Shown piece after piece: positions 40,908-48,717 of a stretch of 64,000 nt of DNA. The stretch comes from an uncultured virus (IMG/VR IMGVR_UViG_3300022223_000003). Taxonomy: Duplodnaviria; Heunggongvirae; Uroviricota; Caudoviricetes. The notes under the pieces were generated by a model. The model saw only the letters and a program-made list of their open reading frames with translations, had not been told where the DNA came from and did not search any database. The DNA is taken from IMG/VR virus record IMGVR_UViG_3300022223_000003; one strand, given 5' to 3'. The translations under genes were made by a program, and so were the position numbers. Each line of letters begins with the position of its first letter. Position 1 is the stretch's first letter.

Positions 40908-41110
40908 AGTCGAAAGACAGAGGTTCGAGACTACTGCAATCGGGGTGTTGTGTGAAACTATTTTAGGTCACCTCCATGACCTGAAGCTGAGAAAGTAACT
41001 GGACATGCCCAACATGTTGGGGGAAGTCAGCCCAGAAGCGCTCGGCAATAGCAGCGATGACGCTGCGCCCATCCCTAACACACGACACCTCGATTGGAGC
41101 AGTCTCGGAC
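40908..41110 (+). ncRNA. putative tracrRNA / scaffold RNA for the Cas12 effector
   Basis: Hairpin 40962-40985 with loop CCTCCA complementary to repeat 3' end TGGAGG; GCCCATCCC at 41067-41075 complementary to repeat GGGATGGGY; long closing stem 40923-40954 with 41079-41110. Confidence 0.75.
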
Positions 41111-41126
41111 AAGAAACGGGAAACAC

Positions 41127-42611
41127 ATGGCAGACGGTACGGTGAACCAAGAACCCGCGTTGCAGGGCTCGATTGAGATCGTTCGTGCAACGATGAAAAT
41201 CGCGGTTGAGCCGTGGCGTGTGTTGGACGACGCGACGGAAGAGCAGCGTAAGGCGCACGACAAAAAGAAGTGTGGAGGCAAGTCCAAGTGCGAGGCATGC
41301 GTTTTGATCGACAGCCTCTACTCGGCTCAGCGTATGTGTGCCGCGACGGCAAATCTGATAGCTCGTCATCACGAGCGTCGGGATGGTGCCACGTTCGAGG
41401 AGTTGAAGCTTCAGGGCGAGAAAATCAAACTGGAGCGGATCGTTCGAGACGGCTATGCGCTGGGTCGTGCAGCCTATCCCGAGCTGAATGCTGGCATCAC
41501 AGCAGCTATCTCGAAGCAGGTGGAAGACAAGTGGAACAGCGAGCGCATCGCAATCTTAGCTCGAAACGAGCGGTCAGCGGCGCGCTGGAACGCGGACAAC
41601 GCTCCGATCCCACTCCGGCACGCCGACGTCGAGCTGGTTGAGACCAGCAACCGAAACCGCTTCTTGCTTCGGTGCACGTTGCAACCTGGGCTCAAGAAAG
41701 AGCGTCGAGGCAAGCAGTGGGCGATTCCGCTCTACGCCAAGGATCAGAAGGCCTACAAAATGCTCCACGCTATTACGACAGGCGAGTGGCGCATCGGCCA
41801 GCTTCAGCTCCAACGAGATCGCCAAAAGAAGTGGTATCTGCGCATTGCGTACAAGCGCCGTGTCGAGTTGTCGGACAACACCGTGAAGTGGGCCGCGGTC
41901 AACCGCGGGATCTTCTATTTCTTGGCTGTCGCAACCGAAGACGCAAACGACAAACCGTTGCTTTACGATGGCAGCGACATCGAGGCCCATCTCAAGCAGA
42001 CCCAAGACCGGCGCAAGCGGTTTCAGCGTGCCTACCCTCTCAGCGGTCGAAAAGGTAAAGGCCGGAAGAAGGTGTTGGCCCCGACAAACACGCTCGCAGG
42101 GAAGACCGAGCGTTGGCGCAAGACCCGGATTCAGACGATTGCCCGGCGCGTAGCGCAGTGGCTCGCCTCGAACCACGTGACACATCTGGCCATCGAGGAT
42201 TTCTCCGGTATCCGGGACGGGAAGATCGAGCTACTGGAGGGCGGCAAGAAGGTCTGGGACAGAATCCAGACGTGGCCCTATTTCGAGATGGGCACCCGGT
42301 TGAAAGCCTGCTGCGAAGAGTTTGGAATCGTCGCGGTCGAGATCGATCCAAACTGGTCTGCTCGGACATGTCTCAAGTGTGGGCACAGACACGAAGACCG
42401 TAAGGTGCGTCGGTGGTTCAACTGCGAAGCCCCCAAATGTGGGTACAGTTCACAGATCGACATCCTGACCGCGAGAAACCAAATCCTGAAGGCCCGCGAG
42501 CGGTTCAGTGACGAGTCCGAGGCAACCGCGGAATACGTCGAGAAAAAGAAGCCCAAGAGACTTCAGAAAAAGACCGCTCGCAAAAATGGCGGCAACAGCT
42601 CGAAATCGTAG
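41127..42611 (+). CDS. cas12: compact type V effector (Cas12f/TnpB-like, about 494 aa) with substituted RuvC-I residue
   Basis: RuvC-I WAAVNRG (Asn where Asp is expected), RuvC-II IEDFSGI, WPYFEM...K, SARTCLKCG...CEAPKCG zinc finger, RuvC-III IDILTARN; abuts a CRISPR array. ORF track starts at TTG 41094, but ATG 41127 lies just past the RNA stem. Confidence 0.9.
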   Translation: MADGTVNQEPALQGSIEIVRATMKIAVEPWRVLDDATEEQRKAHDKKKCGGKSKCEACVLIDSLYSAQRMCAATANLIARHHERRDGATFEELKLQGEKIKLERIVRDGYALGRAAYPELNAGITAAISKQVEDKWNSERIAILARNERSAARWNADNAPIPLRHADVELVETSNRNRFLLRCTLQPGLKKERRGKQWAIPLYAKDQKAYKMLHAITTGEWRIGQLQLQRDRQKKWYLRIAYKRRVELSDNTVKWAAVNRGIFYFLAVATEDANDKPLLYDGSDIEAHLKQTQDRRKRFQRAYPLSGRKGKGRKKVLAPTNTLAGKTERWRKTRIQTIARRVAQWLASNHVTHLAIEDFSGIRDGKIELLEGGKKVWDRIQTWPYFEMGTRLKACCEEFGIVAVEIDPNWSARTCLKCGHRHEDRKVRRWFNCEAPKCGYSSQIDILTARNQILKARERFSDESEATAEYVEKKKPKRLQKKTARKNGGNSSKS

Positions 42612-42627
42612 CGTTTTTGAGGTAACC

Positions 42628-44117
42628 CTGGAAACGGGTGCAGAGCTTGGGATGGGTTGGAGGAATGGATGGCGTGTATTGGACGTCGACGTTGCCGGCT
42701 GGAAACGGGTGCAGAGCTTGGGATGGGTTGGAGGTTATCGCCGACCACCAGCCCTTCGCCGGGTACCACCTGGAAACGGGTGCAGAGCTTGGGATGGGTT
42801 GGAGGATGTGCTCCGTCTCCGCCTTTTTGAACGCCGCGAGTCTGGAAACGGGTGCAGAGCTTGGGATGGGTTGGAGGATCACGGGACCCGTTGCTCCTGC
42901 GCTCTCGCGGTGCCTGGAAACGGGTGCAGAGCTTGGGATGGGTTGGAGGTCCAGGGCAGTGAACATGGAGTCCATGAGGTTGTTCCTGGAAACGGGTGCA
43001 GAGCTTGGGATGGGTTGGAGGCTTTCCGCCCAAACGGGCGCACGGGTACGGTCACGCCTGGAAACGGGTGCAGAGCTTGGGATGGGTTGGAGGCTCGTCG
43101 GGGTGATCGAAGACGCAGTGCGCCGATTTCTGGAAACGGGTGCAGAGCTTGGGATGGGTTGGAGGATAGCCAAGCGCTGGCCACGCTGCGATCCGGCCGA
43201 GATCTGGAAACGGGTGCAGAGCTTGGGATGGGTTGGAGGTTCTCCGGCCACCATGGCCATGCCATTCCATCCCGAACTGGAAACGGGTGCAGAGCTTGGG
43301 ATGGGTTGGAGGGCAAGAAGACAAGGGGTGGAGCGTGGGTCTCCAAGCCTCTGGAAACGGGTGCAGAGCTTGGGATGGGTTGGAGGGTTACCGCCGTGCA
43401 GGTTGGTCGGTGGGCGATCGGGCTGGAAACGGGTGCAGAGCTTGGGATGGGTTGGAGGCAGCCGAGCCTCGATCGAGGCCTTCGCACCCGTGAACCTGGA
43501 AACGGGTGCAGAGCTTGGGATGGGTTGGAGGAATGTGTCACACCCCCTTGAACCACACATTTCCACAATACTGGAAACGGGTGCAGAGCTTGGGATGGGT
43601 TGGAGGGGATGGGAACCAGGTCGCGTAACGGAAAACGGGGTTCCTGGAAACGGGTGCAGAGCTTGGGATGGGTTGGAGGTCCGACTCGATCAACAAGCTG
43701 ACGCACGACATCGAGCTGGAAACGGGTGCAGAGCTTGGGATGGGTTGGAGGCCCAAGGTCAGAAGCCAACCGCCAGGAGCGCTCCGATGCTGGAAACGGG
43801 TGCAGAGCTTGGGACGGGTTGGAGGTCGACGATCTACCCGCACCCACGACAAAGGATGCCAAGGTCGAGGTCGGTGCAGAGCTTGGGATGGGTTGGAGGT
43901 GTGGGTGGGGAAGGGAGCATGGGCCCTCTTTGACAGGTCGAGGTCGGTGCAGAGCTTGGGACGGGTTGGAGGCCTGGCGCGAGATAGGGGTGGCGCTTCG
44001 GCGGCGGAGAGTCGAGGTCGGTGCAGAGCTTGGGATGGGTTGGAGGCGTGACGCCATCGTAGCGCCGGGCGAGAGTCGAGAGTCGAGGTCGGTGCAGAGC
44101 TTGGGATGGGCTGGAGG
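42628..44117 (+). CRISPR. CRISPR array, 21 repeats of 36 bp (CTGGAAACGGGTGCAGAGCTTGGGATGGGTTGGAGG), 20 spacers of 35-39 bp
   Basis: Repeat starts 42628, 42699, 42770, 42842, 42914, 42986, 43058, 43130, 43204, 43277, 43351, 43423, 43496, 43571, 43644, 43716, 43790, then 5'-variant GTCGAGGTC repeats at 43864, 43937, 44011, 44082. Orientation inferred from 5'-TTN flanks and distal degeneration. Confidence 0.98.
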
Positions 44118-44345
44118 CAATACCGGGCGGCGCAAACAAGAATGGGCTGGAAGCAATAACTCGTGTGGTACGTTGAAAACGGATGCAGTGTTTGGGATGG
44201 ATCGGAGGTAGAGGTTAGGCGGGTGGCACGCAGGCGACACAGCTCGGGATGGGCTGGAGGACCGGATACGGCACATTTAGGATGGGCTGGAGGGGGCGCT
44301 ACCTGTGTCCTCGGATGGGTTGGAGGGAGGCGCAGACAATCAACA
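44118..44345 (+). CRISPR. trailing degenerate/half-repeat units with short spacers
   Basis: GATGGGYTGGAGG-like ends at 44153, 44208, 44260, 44293 and 44326. Confidence 0.8.
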
Positions 44346-44357
44346 CGAAAACGGAGC

Positions 44358-44387
44358 TTGACAGACAATACCACTCTGGTATTGTCT
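44358..44387 (+). promoter_or_regulatory. promoter with perfect palindromic operator
   Basis: TTGACA-N16-TATTGT; AGACAATACCA-CTC-TGGTATTGTCT. Confidence 0.75.
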
Positions 44388-44398
44388 ACGGACACAGC

Positions 44399-44602
44399 AT
44401 GAAAGACGCACCTTGCAAATGGTCAGTGGTTTCGATCGACGCGGCGCTCATTGCGCGCATCGTATTCGGCCCGACCCTTGACGAAGATGCCTGCGACACC
44501 GCGGCTGAGGCTTACCACATGTGTCGCGCTCTTCCGGGAGAAGAGGTACACATCGTGTGCGATCACCACCCTGTCGTGCAGAGCATTCAACCTGCGAACT
44601 GA
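44399..44602 (+). CDS. hypothetical protein (67 aa)
   Basis: ATG immediately downstream of the promoter. Confidence 0.5.
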   Translation: MKDAPCKWSVVSIDAALIARIVFGPTLDEDACDTAAEAYHMCRALPGEEVHIVCDHHPVVQSIQPAN

Positions 44603-44612
44603 AAGGATTTCT

Positions 44613-44700
44613 GGGACGAACGGTTGCCGAAACAAGACGTTGGTTCTCTCATTCTCCGGCGTTGGCCTTCGGGTTGGAGGTTCGATTCCTCCTCGTCCTT
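44613..44700 (+). tRNA. atypical tRNA-like RNA, anticodon undetermined
   Basis: acceptor stem GGGACGA/TCGTCCT, canonical T-arm GGAGG-TTCGATT-CCTCC, variable arm GGCC-TTCG-GGTT; non-canonical D and anticodon arms. Confidence 0.6.
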
Positions 44701-44845
44701 CCGGGTTGATATTGTGCGAGTCGCACGACAACCCGCTGGCAGCTGCCCGGCTCGCTTGATCTCCCCCTTCAAGTAGAGCCGGGCAGCCCCAGCCCTTATC
44801 AACGGCCCCCTGTAGGGCTATAGTGCCAACAGGAGAGGAGCCGTT

Positions 44846-45475
44846 GTGAAAAGAGTTGTCGATCTAGAGCCCTACGAAGTGTGGTTGAAGTCTGAAGGTT
44901 ACCAGGACAGCACGATTTTGGTGACGCTGCGACACATCCGAGGCGTCTACAACACCTTCAAAGACTACCCCGAGCGCGGCAAGAGCCGGGACAAGGCCCC
45001 CCACGTCCGACGATACCTGCGCTTCGTCGCCAAGACCCGCAAGAACCCTCTCGGGCGCAAGTTCACCGAGACGATGCTGGGTCTCGGTCTCGAACCATCG
45101 ACAGCAATCGAGAAGCAAGGCAAACGCGACGGCCGGTGCCTGACCCCCGCACAGTGGAAAGCGTTGCGGCAGCAGCTTCAGGCCGGAGACGACATCGCCA
45201 AGCTGCTCGTCGCGTACATGGAGAGCCCCTACCGCATCGGCGACTTCCTGAACCTCCGGGCGTACGAGGTCACGTCCGACGACGTCTCTCACAAACCGTC
45301 TCTGGAGTGGATCAGAAAAACAGGAGGTCGTCGACCCCTGTACCGACTCTTGTGTTCGACGCAGCGCTGCGCCTACTACCGTATGCGCAGTCGATTGCAG
45401 CGCCTGAGCGAGAAACTGAAGTTCGAGACCAATCTCGACAACCTCTACAAGACCTACCACCAGCAGGCGGCATAA
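44846..45475 (+). CDS. degenerate tyrosine-recombinase-like protein
   Basis: N-terminal WL..EGY..STI core-binding-like segment and box I-like PYRIGDFLNLR; HxxR and the C-terminal catalytic Tyr region are absent. Confidence 0.55.
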   Translation: MKRVVDLEPYEVWLKSEGYQDSTILVTLRHIRGVYNTFKDYPERGKSRDKAPHVRRYLRFVAKTRKNPLGRKFTETMLGLGLEPSTAIEKQGKRDGRCLTPAQWKALRQQLQAGDDIAKLLVAYMESPYRIGDFLNLRAYEVTSDDVSHKPSLEWIRKTGGRRPLYRLLCSTQRCAYYRMRSRLQRLSEKLKFETNLDNLYKTYHQQAA

Positions 45476-45737
45476 CTCGATGTTCGTGAAGTTCAACCAA
45501 GTTGTGTTACGGGTGGTGAAAAAACACCCTATCGAGTTCACATCTAAACCTGAGCTGAACGGAGAAACTTACATCAAGGTGGGAGACGTGTCGTGTGTCA
45601 ACGACATGGATTCGTCTTGGAGTGAACACGGTCTCGTTTTTTCTGTCGTGTGGTTCACCATGGGAAGGAAAGTTCTGGTAGAAGGGACTGCGGAAGAAGT
45701 GATCCGCAAACTGGGGCTAGGGGCTAGGTAGCAACGA

Positions 45738-46145
45738 ATGAGAATCTTGACCACACACCATGTCGACGCCTTCAACCGGATGCACGTCCGTGTGACGTCT
45801 TTCCCGAAAACACATGTCCCGGGAGACGACAAATACCCCAACGATCCATACGACTGTTGTGATCTCTACACCCTCGAAATCGCAGGTGACGCCGTAAACG
45901 GCGGTGTACACGAGACCGAGCTGTCGTTTCAGACGGGGCCAGTCAAAGAGGCAGGGGTCAACGGCATCAGCAACGAAGCGCTACTTGCGGTGTTGATCGA
46001 CCGGCTTCAGTGTTTCCAACGTGGCCCGCAACGCTGCCGAGAAAACTCGATCGCGCTCACGAAGCTCGAAGAGGCGATGCACTGGCTCGCAGCCAGATCC
46101 CGAGATCGTGAGGCACGGGGCGTCGAAGGGGCCTCTGACCCGTAG
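45738..46145 (+). CDS. tad1: Tad1-like (Thoeris anti-defence 1 / Acb2-fold) signal sponge
   Basis: FQTGPVKE..VNG...LL..LIDRL..FQ.GP..CREN..ALTKLEEA.HW...R..DRE.RGVEG follows the Tad1 family pattern as I recall it. Confidence 0.8.
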   Translation: MRILTTHHVDAFNRMHVRVTSFPKTHVPGDDKYPNDPYDCCDLYTLEIAGDAVNGGVHETELSFQTGPVKEAGVNGISNEALLAVLIDRLQCFQRGPQRCRENSIALTKLEEAMHWLAARSRDREARGVEGASDP

Positions 46146-46336
46146 CCGGGCACAGGGGCTTCGTTTTTTCGACCTGAAACGTCGGCTTTTCAGAGAGATC
46201 CACGTATGTTAGGCTAGACACGGAGCCCTGAAACTCTGTTGCCATGGTTGTAGCCAACTTCCATCCCTTTGGTGGGGTCTCAAACCCGCCCTGCGACGGT
46301 GTGTGGCGATGCTAAGCAGCGTGAAGGTGGTGTAGC

Positions 46337-46612
46337 GTGTCTTTTCCGAATCTACAGCTCAAACCTGGAGGTGTGTTGCATTCCGTCGCGACGGGTGTTC
46401 CTGTCGACGGTGACAACACGTTTGAGCTTGGGTTCGATCTCGAAAACATCAATGACGAGTGGCTCCGCATTGATGTCTTCGCGCTAGGTTCTCAGGTCAC
46501 AGGGGCAACCTATGTATCTCGCTCAGGTACGCAGGTGACAATGAACTTCACACAGCTCGGAACAGATCAAGCCCGAGTTGAGGCAAAGATCATTCACTCC
46601 TCTGTTCGGTAG
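46337..46612 (+). CDS. small beta-rich hypothetical protein
   Basis: 91 aa ending HSSVR. Confidence 0.55.
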   Translation: MSFPNLQLKPGGVLHSVATGVPVDGDNTFELGFDLENINDEWLRIDVFALGSQVTGATYVSRSGTQVTMNFTQLGTDQARVEAKIIHSSVR

Positions 46613-46884
46613 TAACTGTGGCTGCGGTGCGGGGATGTTGACTCAAGAACAGCAGGAACTACTGCACGACATCGCCAGCATTTTGGCGGGTGTCGTCTTT
46701 GTTTTAGAACTCGACAGACCTCCAACCGAACGAGAGTTGGAAGTGATGCGGGTTTGTCGAGACAAGTTGAAAGAGCTGAGAGACAACATCAGGTGACAGT
46801 AGATAGGTAAAGGTCGAGAGGAGCGCAAGCGCAAGGAAAACGGTTGTAAGATGGGTTGGAGGAAGAGGAAGAGGAGAGTCTACG

Positions 46885-47589
46885 ATGCGATGTCCGTTGT
46901 CTCTATTCCTGTCACTTCTAGCGGTGGTGTTTCTACTGTTCTATCCGTTGCTGTTGAAAGCCAACCCGCCTCCCCTGCTGACCCACGACTCTAACCCGGA
47001 GTTCCCCGAGACTGCGCTGACTGATCTGGAAGAAGAGCTGGCCTGGTCAATCAGTCTCGTCGCGGCCAACGAGGGTGCACTTTGGGGTTTGATGGACGTC
47101 GCACTGGTGCACCAAGTCGTCGTAGCCAACGTGTCTCAGCGTCCTAACTACCCTACTGAGACGTTGGAACGCCACATCGAGTTCTTGAAGAAACACAGCG
47201 GCCGGGTGCTTGGAGCCAAACCGTGTTTTGAGACAGGTAACTGCCAGTGGGTGCGCCAGCTCTCGAAGACGGCCCACAAACTACCGGCCTCGGTAGCCAG
47301 TGGTTCGGGGGGACCGAAAGACTGGGAAGCCTACTGGCGCATCGAGATGGCCCCGCGCTGGCAGAGGGTCATGGACTTCAGCCGAGCGCTCGTCTCCGGC
47401 GAGGTCGTCGTCAAACCGTGTCGCATCGAGCCCCGTACTTGGGGCAGCCTCAAAAACGGGCTCCCGGATCTCGAAGTCGCCTTGGCCAACGGTCTGTGGC
47501 CCATCGGTTGTAAAGGCACCCGCAACGACGGGTTTGCACCGCTTTCGGGCTGGCCTGTGGCACGTTTGGACACGAATGTCCGGTGGTAG
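46885..47589 (+). CDS. secreted/membrane-anchored hypothetical protein
   Basis: N-terminal signal/TM segment; AGGAG RBS. Confidence 0.6.
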   Translation: MRCPLSLFLSLLAVVFLLFYPLLLKANPPPLLTHDSNPEFPETALTDLEEELAWSISLVAANEGALWGLMDVALVHQVVVANVSQRPNYPTETLERHIEFLKKHSGRVLGAKPCFETGNCQWVRQLSKTAHKLPASVASGSGGPKDWEAYWRIEMAPRWQRVMDFSRALVSGEVVVKPCRIEPRTWGSLKNGLPDLEVALANGLWPIGCKGTRNDGFAPLSGWPVARLDTNVRW

Positions 47590-47726
47590 TACCCTCGGAG
47601 CAGCGGAGCCGATCTTCTTCTCCCTGTCGAGGATCTCGCCCTCGTGCTCGATGCACCCGTTTCTTCCCGTTTCGGGGTTTCTGTTCACGAGGGCGACCGC
47701 TTTTTGATATGGGTTAGAGGGCTGCC

Positions 47727-48119
47727 GTGGCTCAGTGGACCAAAAATCGACGCAGACACCGCAAGGTCAAAGGGGTCCCACCCGGATGGAAGGGATGCCG
47801 CTGCCCACGGGGTTCGAGGCGCGTCGCGACGTTTCGGTACGACGCGAACGGGAAAAAGGTCAAGACCGGCAGAGGGTGGGGGTGTCTGGGAGTCGGCCCT
47901 TCCCAGAAGGGCAAACCATCGCCCCGTTTCGTGAAAGCAGAATGCCCCCCGGCACCCGAGCTGCCGCTCGGGCCTCCTGAACCACCGAGACTGCCACCAC
48001 CACCTCCGACACCCAAGCTGCTAGTAGTCCCTGCACCCAAACTGCTCCCGGCTGCATCCCCTCCGACCAAACGCAAAAAGAGAGTCGCAGCTCGGGCAAC
48101 GAAAAGAACCAAACCTTGA
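47727..48119 (+). CDS. basic Cys/Pro-rich hypothetical protein
   Basis: 130 aa, K/R-rich with Cys pairs. Confidence 0.5.
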   Translation: MAQWTKNRRRHRKVKGVPPGWKGCRCPRGSRRVATFRYDANGKKVKTGRGWGCLGVGPSQKGKPSPRFVKAECPPAPELPLGPPEPPRLPPPPPTPKLLVVPAPKLLPAASPPTKRKKRVAARATKRTKP

Positions 48120-48225
48120 GCGTTCAATCCAGGCGGTACCCGACGTGTGTGGTTTGATTTGCATCACCACCCCGAGTACAATACCAGTACGTCGCTAGTG
48201 GCCAAAAACCGTTCTGAGGTAGCTC

Positions 48226-48717
48226 GTGAAACACGTACCCATCGACGCGCACCGCATCTTGCCCAAGCTCTGGATCGGCAGCTATCCGAGGGTGCCTGAA
48301 ACACGCAACCACTTCGATGCTGTCGTGCTGTGCGCCCAAGAGCTGCAAGAGCTGCCGTACTCCGGTGTCCACGTCGTCAAAGCTCCGATGGACGACGCAA
48401 CACCTACGGCACGCGAGCTGAAGACGGCCGTGAGCGCGGCTCAAACCGTCCACGCCCTGCGCAAGCGAGACAAGCGGGTGCTCGTGACGTGTGCCCAGGG
48501 CGTCAACCGATCGGGTTTCGTCACGGCCTTGGCCATGATGCTCGAAGGCTACAACCCTGAAGACGCGCTCTACTGCATCCGAAAGTACCGACACCCGCCC
48601 ATCGGCATGATGCCGCTCAGCAACCCGGCGTTCGTCCAGGTGCTGACTAGGTTGGGACGCAACGCGGGGCGCGAGCGTCGTCAACTATCCAGTTTTTCTG
48701 GTTTTTCCAGGGGCTAG
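48226..48717 (+). CDS. dual-specificity / tyrosine protein phosphatase
   Basis: LWIGS, DD loop and VLVTCAQGVNRSG (Cx5R). Confidence 0.88.
   Translation: MKHVPIDAHRILPKLWIGSYPRVPETRNHFDAVVLCAQELQELPYSGVHVVKAPMDDATPTARELKTAVSAAQTVHALRKRDKRVLVTCAQGVNRSGFVTALAMMLEGYNPEDALYCIRKYRHPPIGMMPLSNPAFVQVLTRLGRNAGRERRQLSSFSGFSRG

Noticed and set aside
41127..42611. IS200/IS605 or IS607 transposon TnpB
   Set aside because: No tnpA or IS-end hairpins seen; the gene is flanked by an anti-repeat RNA and a true spacer array
43022..43057. Spacer 6 similarity to 2515-2550 upstream of the primase gene
   Set aside because: Only about 23/36 identity, no TTN flank and no synonymous pattern
43094..43129. Spacer 7 partial matches near 5657 and 5983 (ATCGAAGACG-like)
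   Set aside because: Only 11-14 nt of common codons and no PAM support
43459..43495. Spacer 12 partial match to 30542-30558 (AGCCTCGtTCGAGGCC)
   Set aside because: Short, semi-palindromic GC-rich match that is plausible by chance
42505..44395. Long ORFs on both strands over the array (e.g. 42638-43933, 42879-44276)
   Set aside because: Artefacts of the stop-free 36-bp repeat; the translations are periodic repeat peptides
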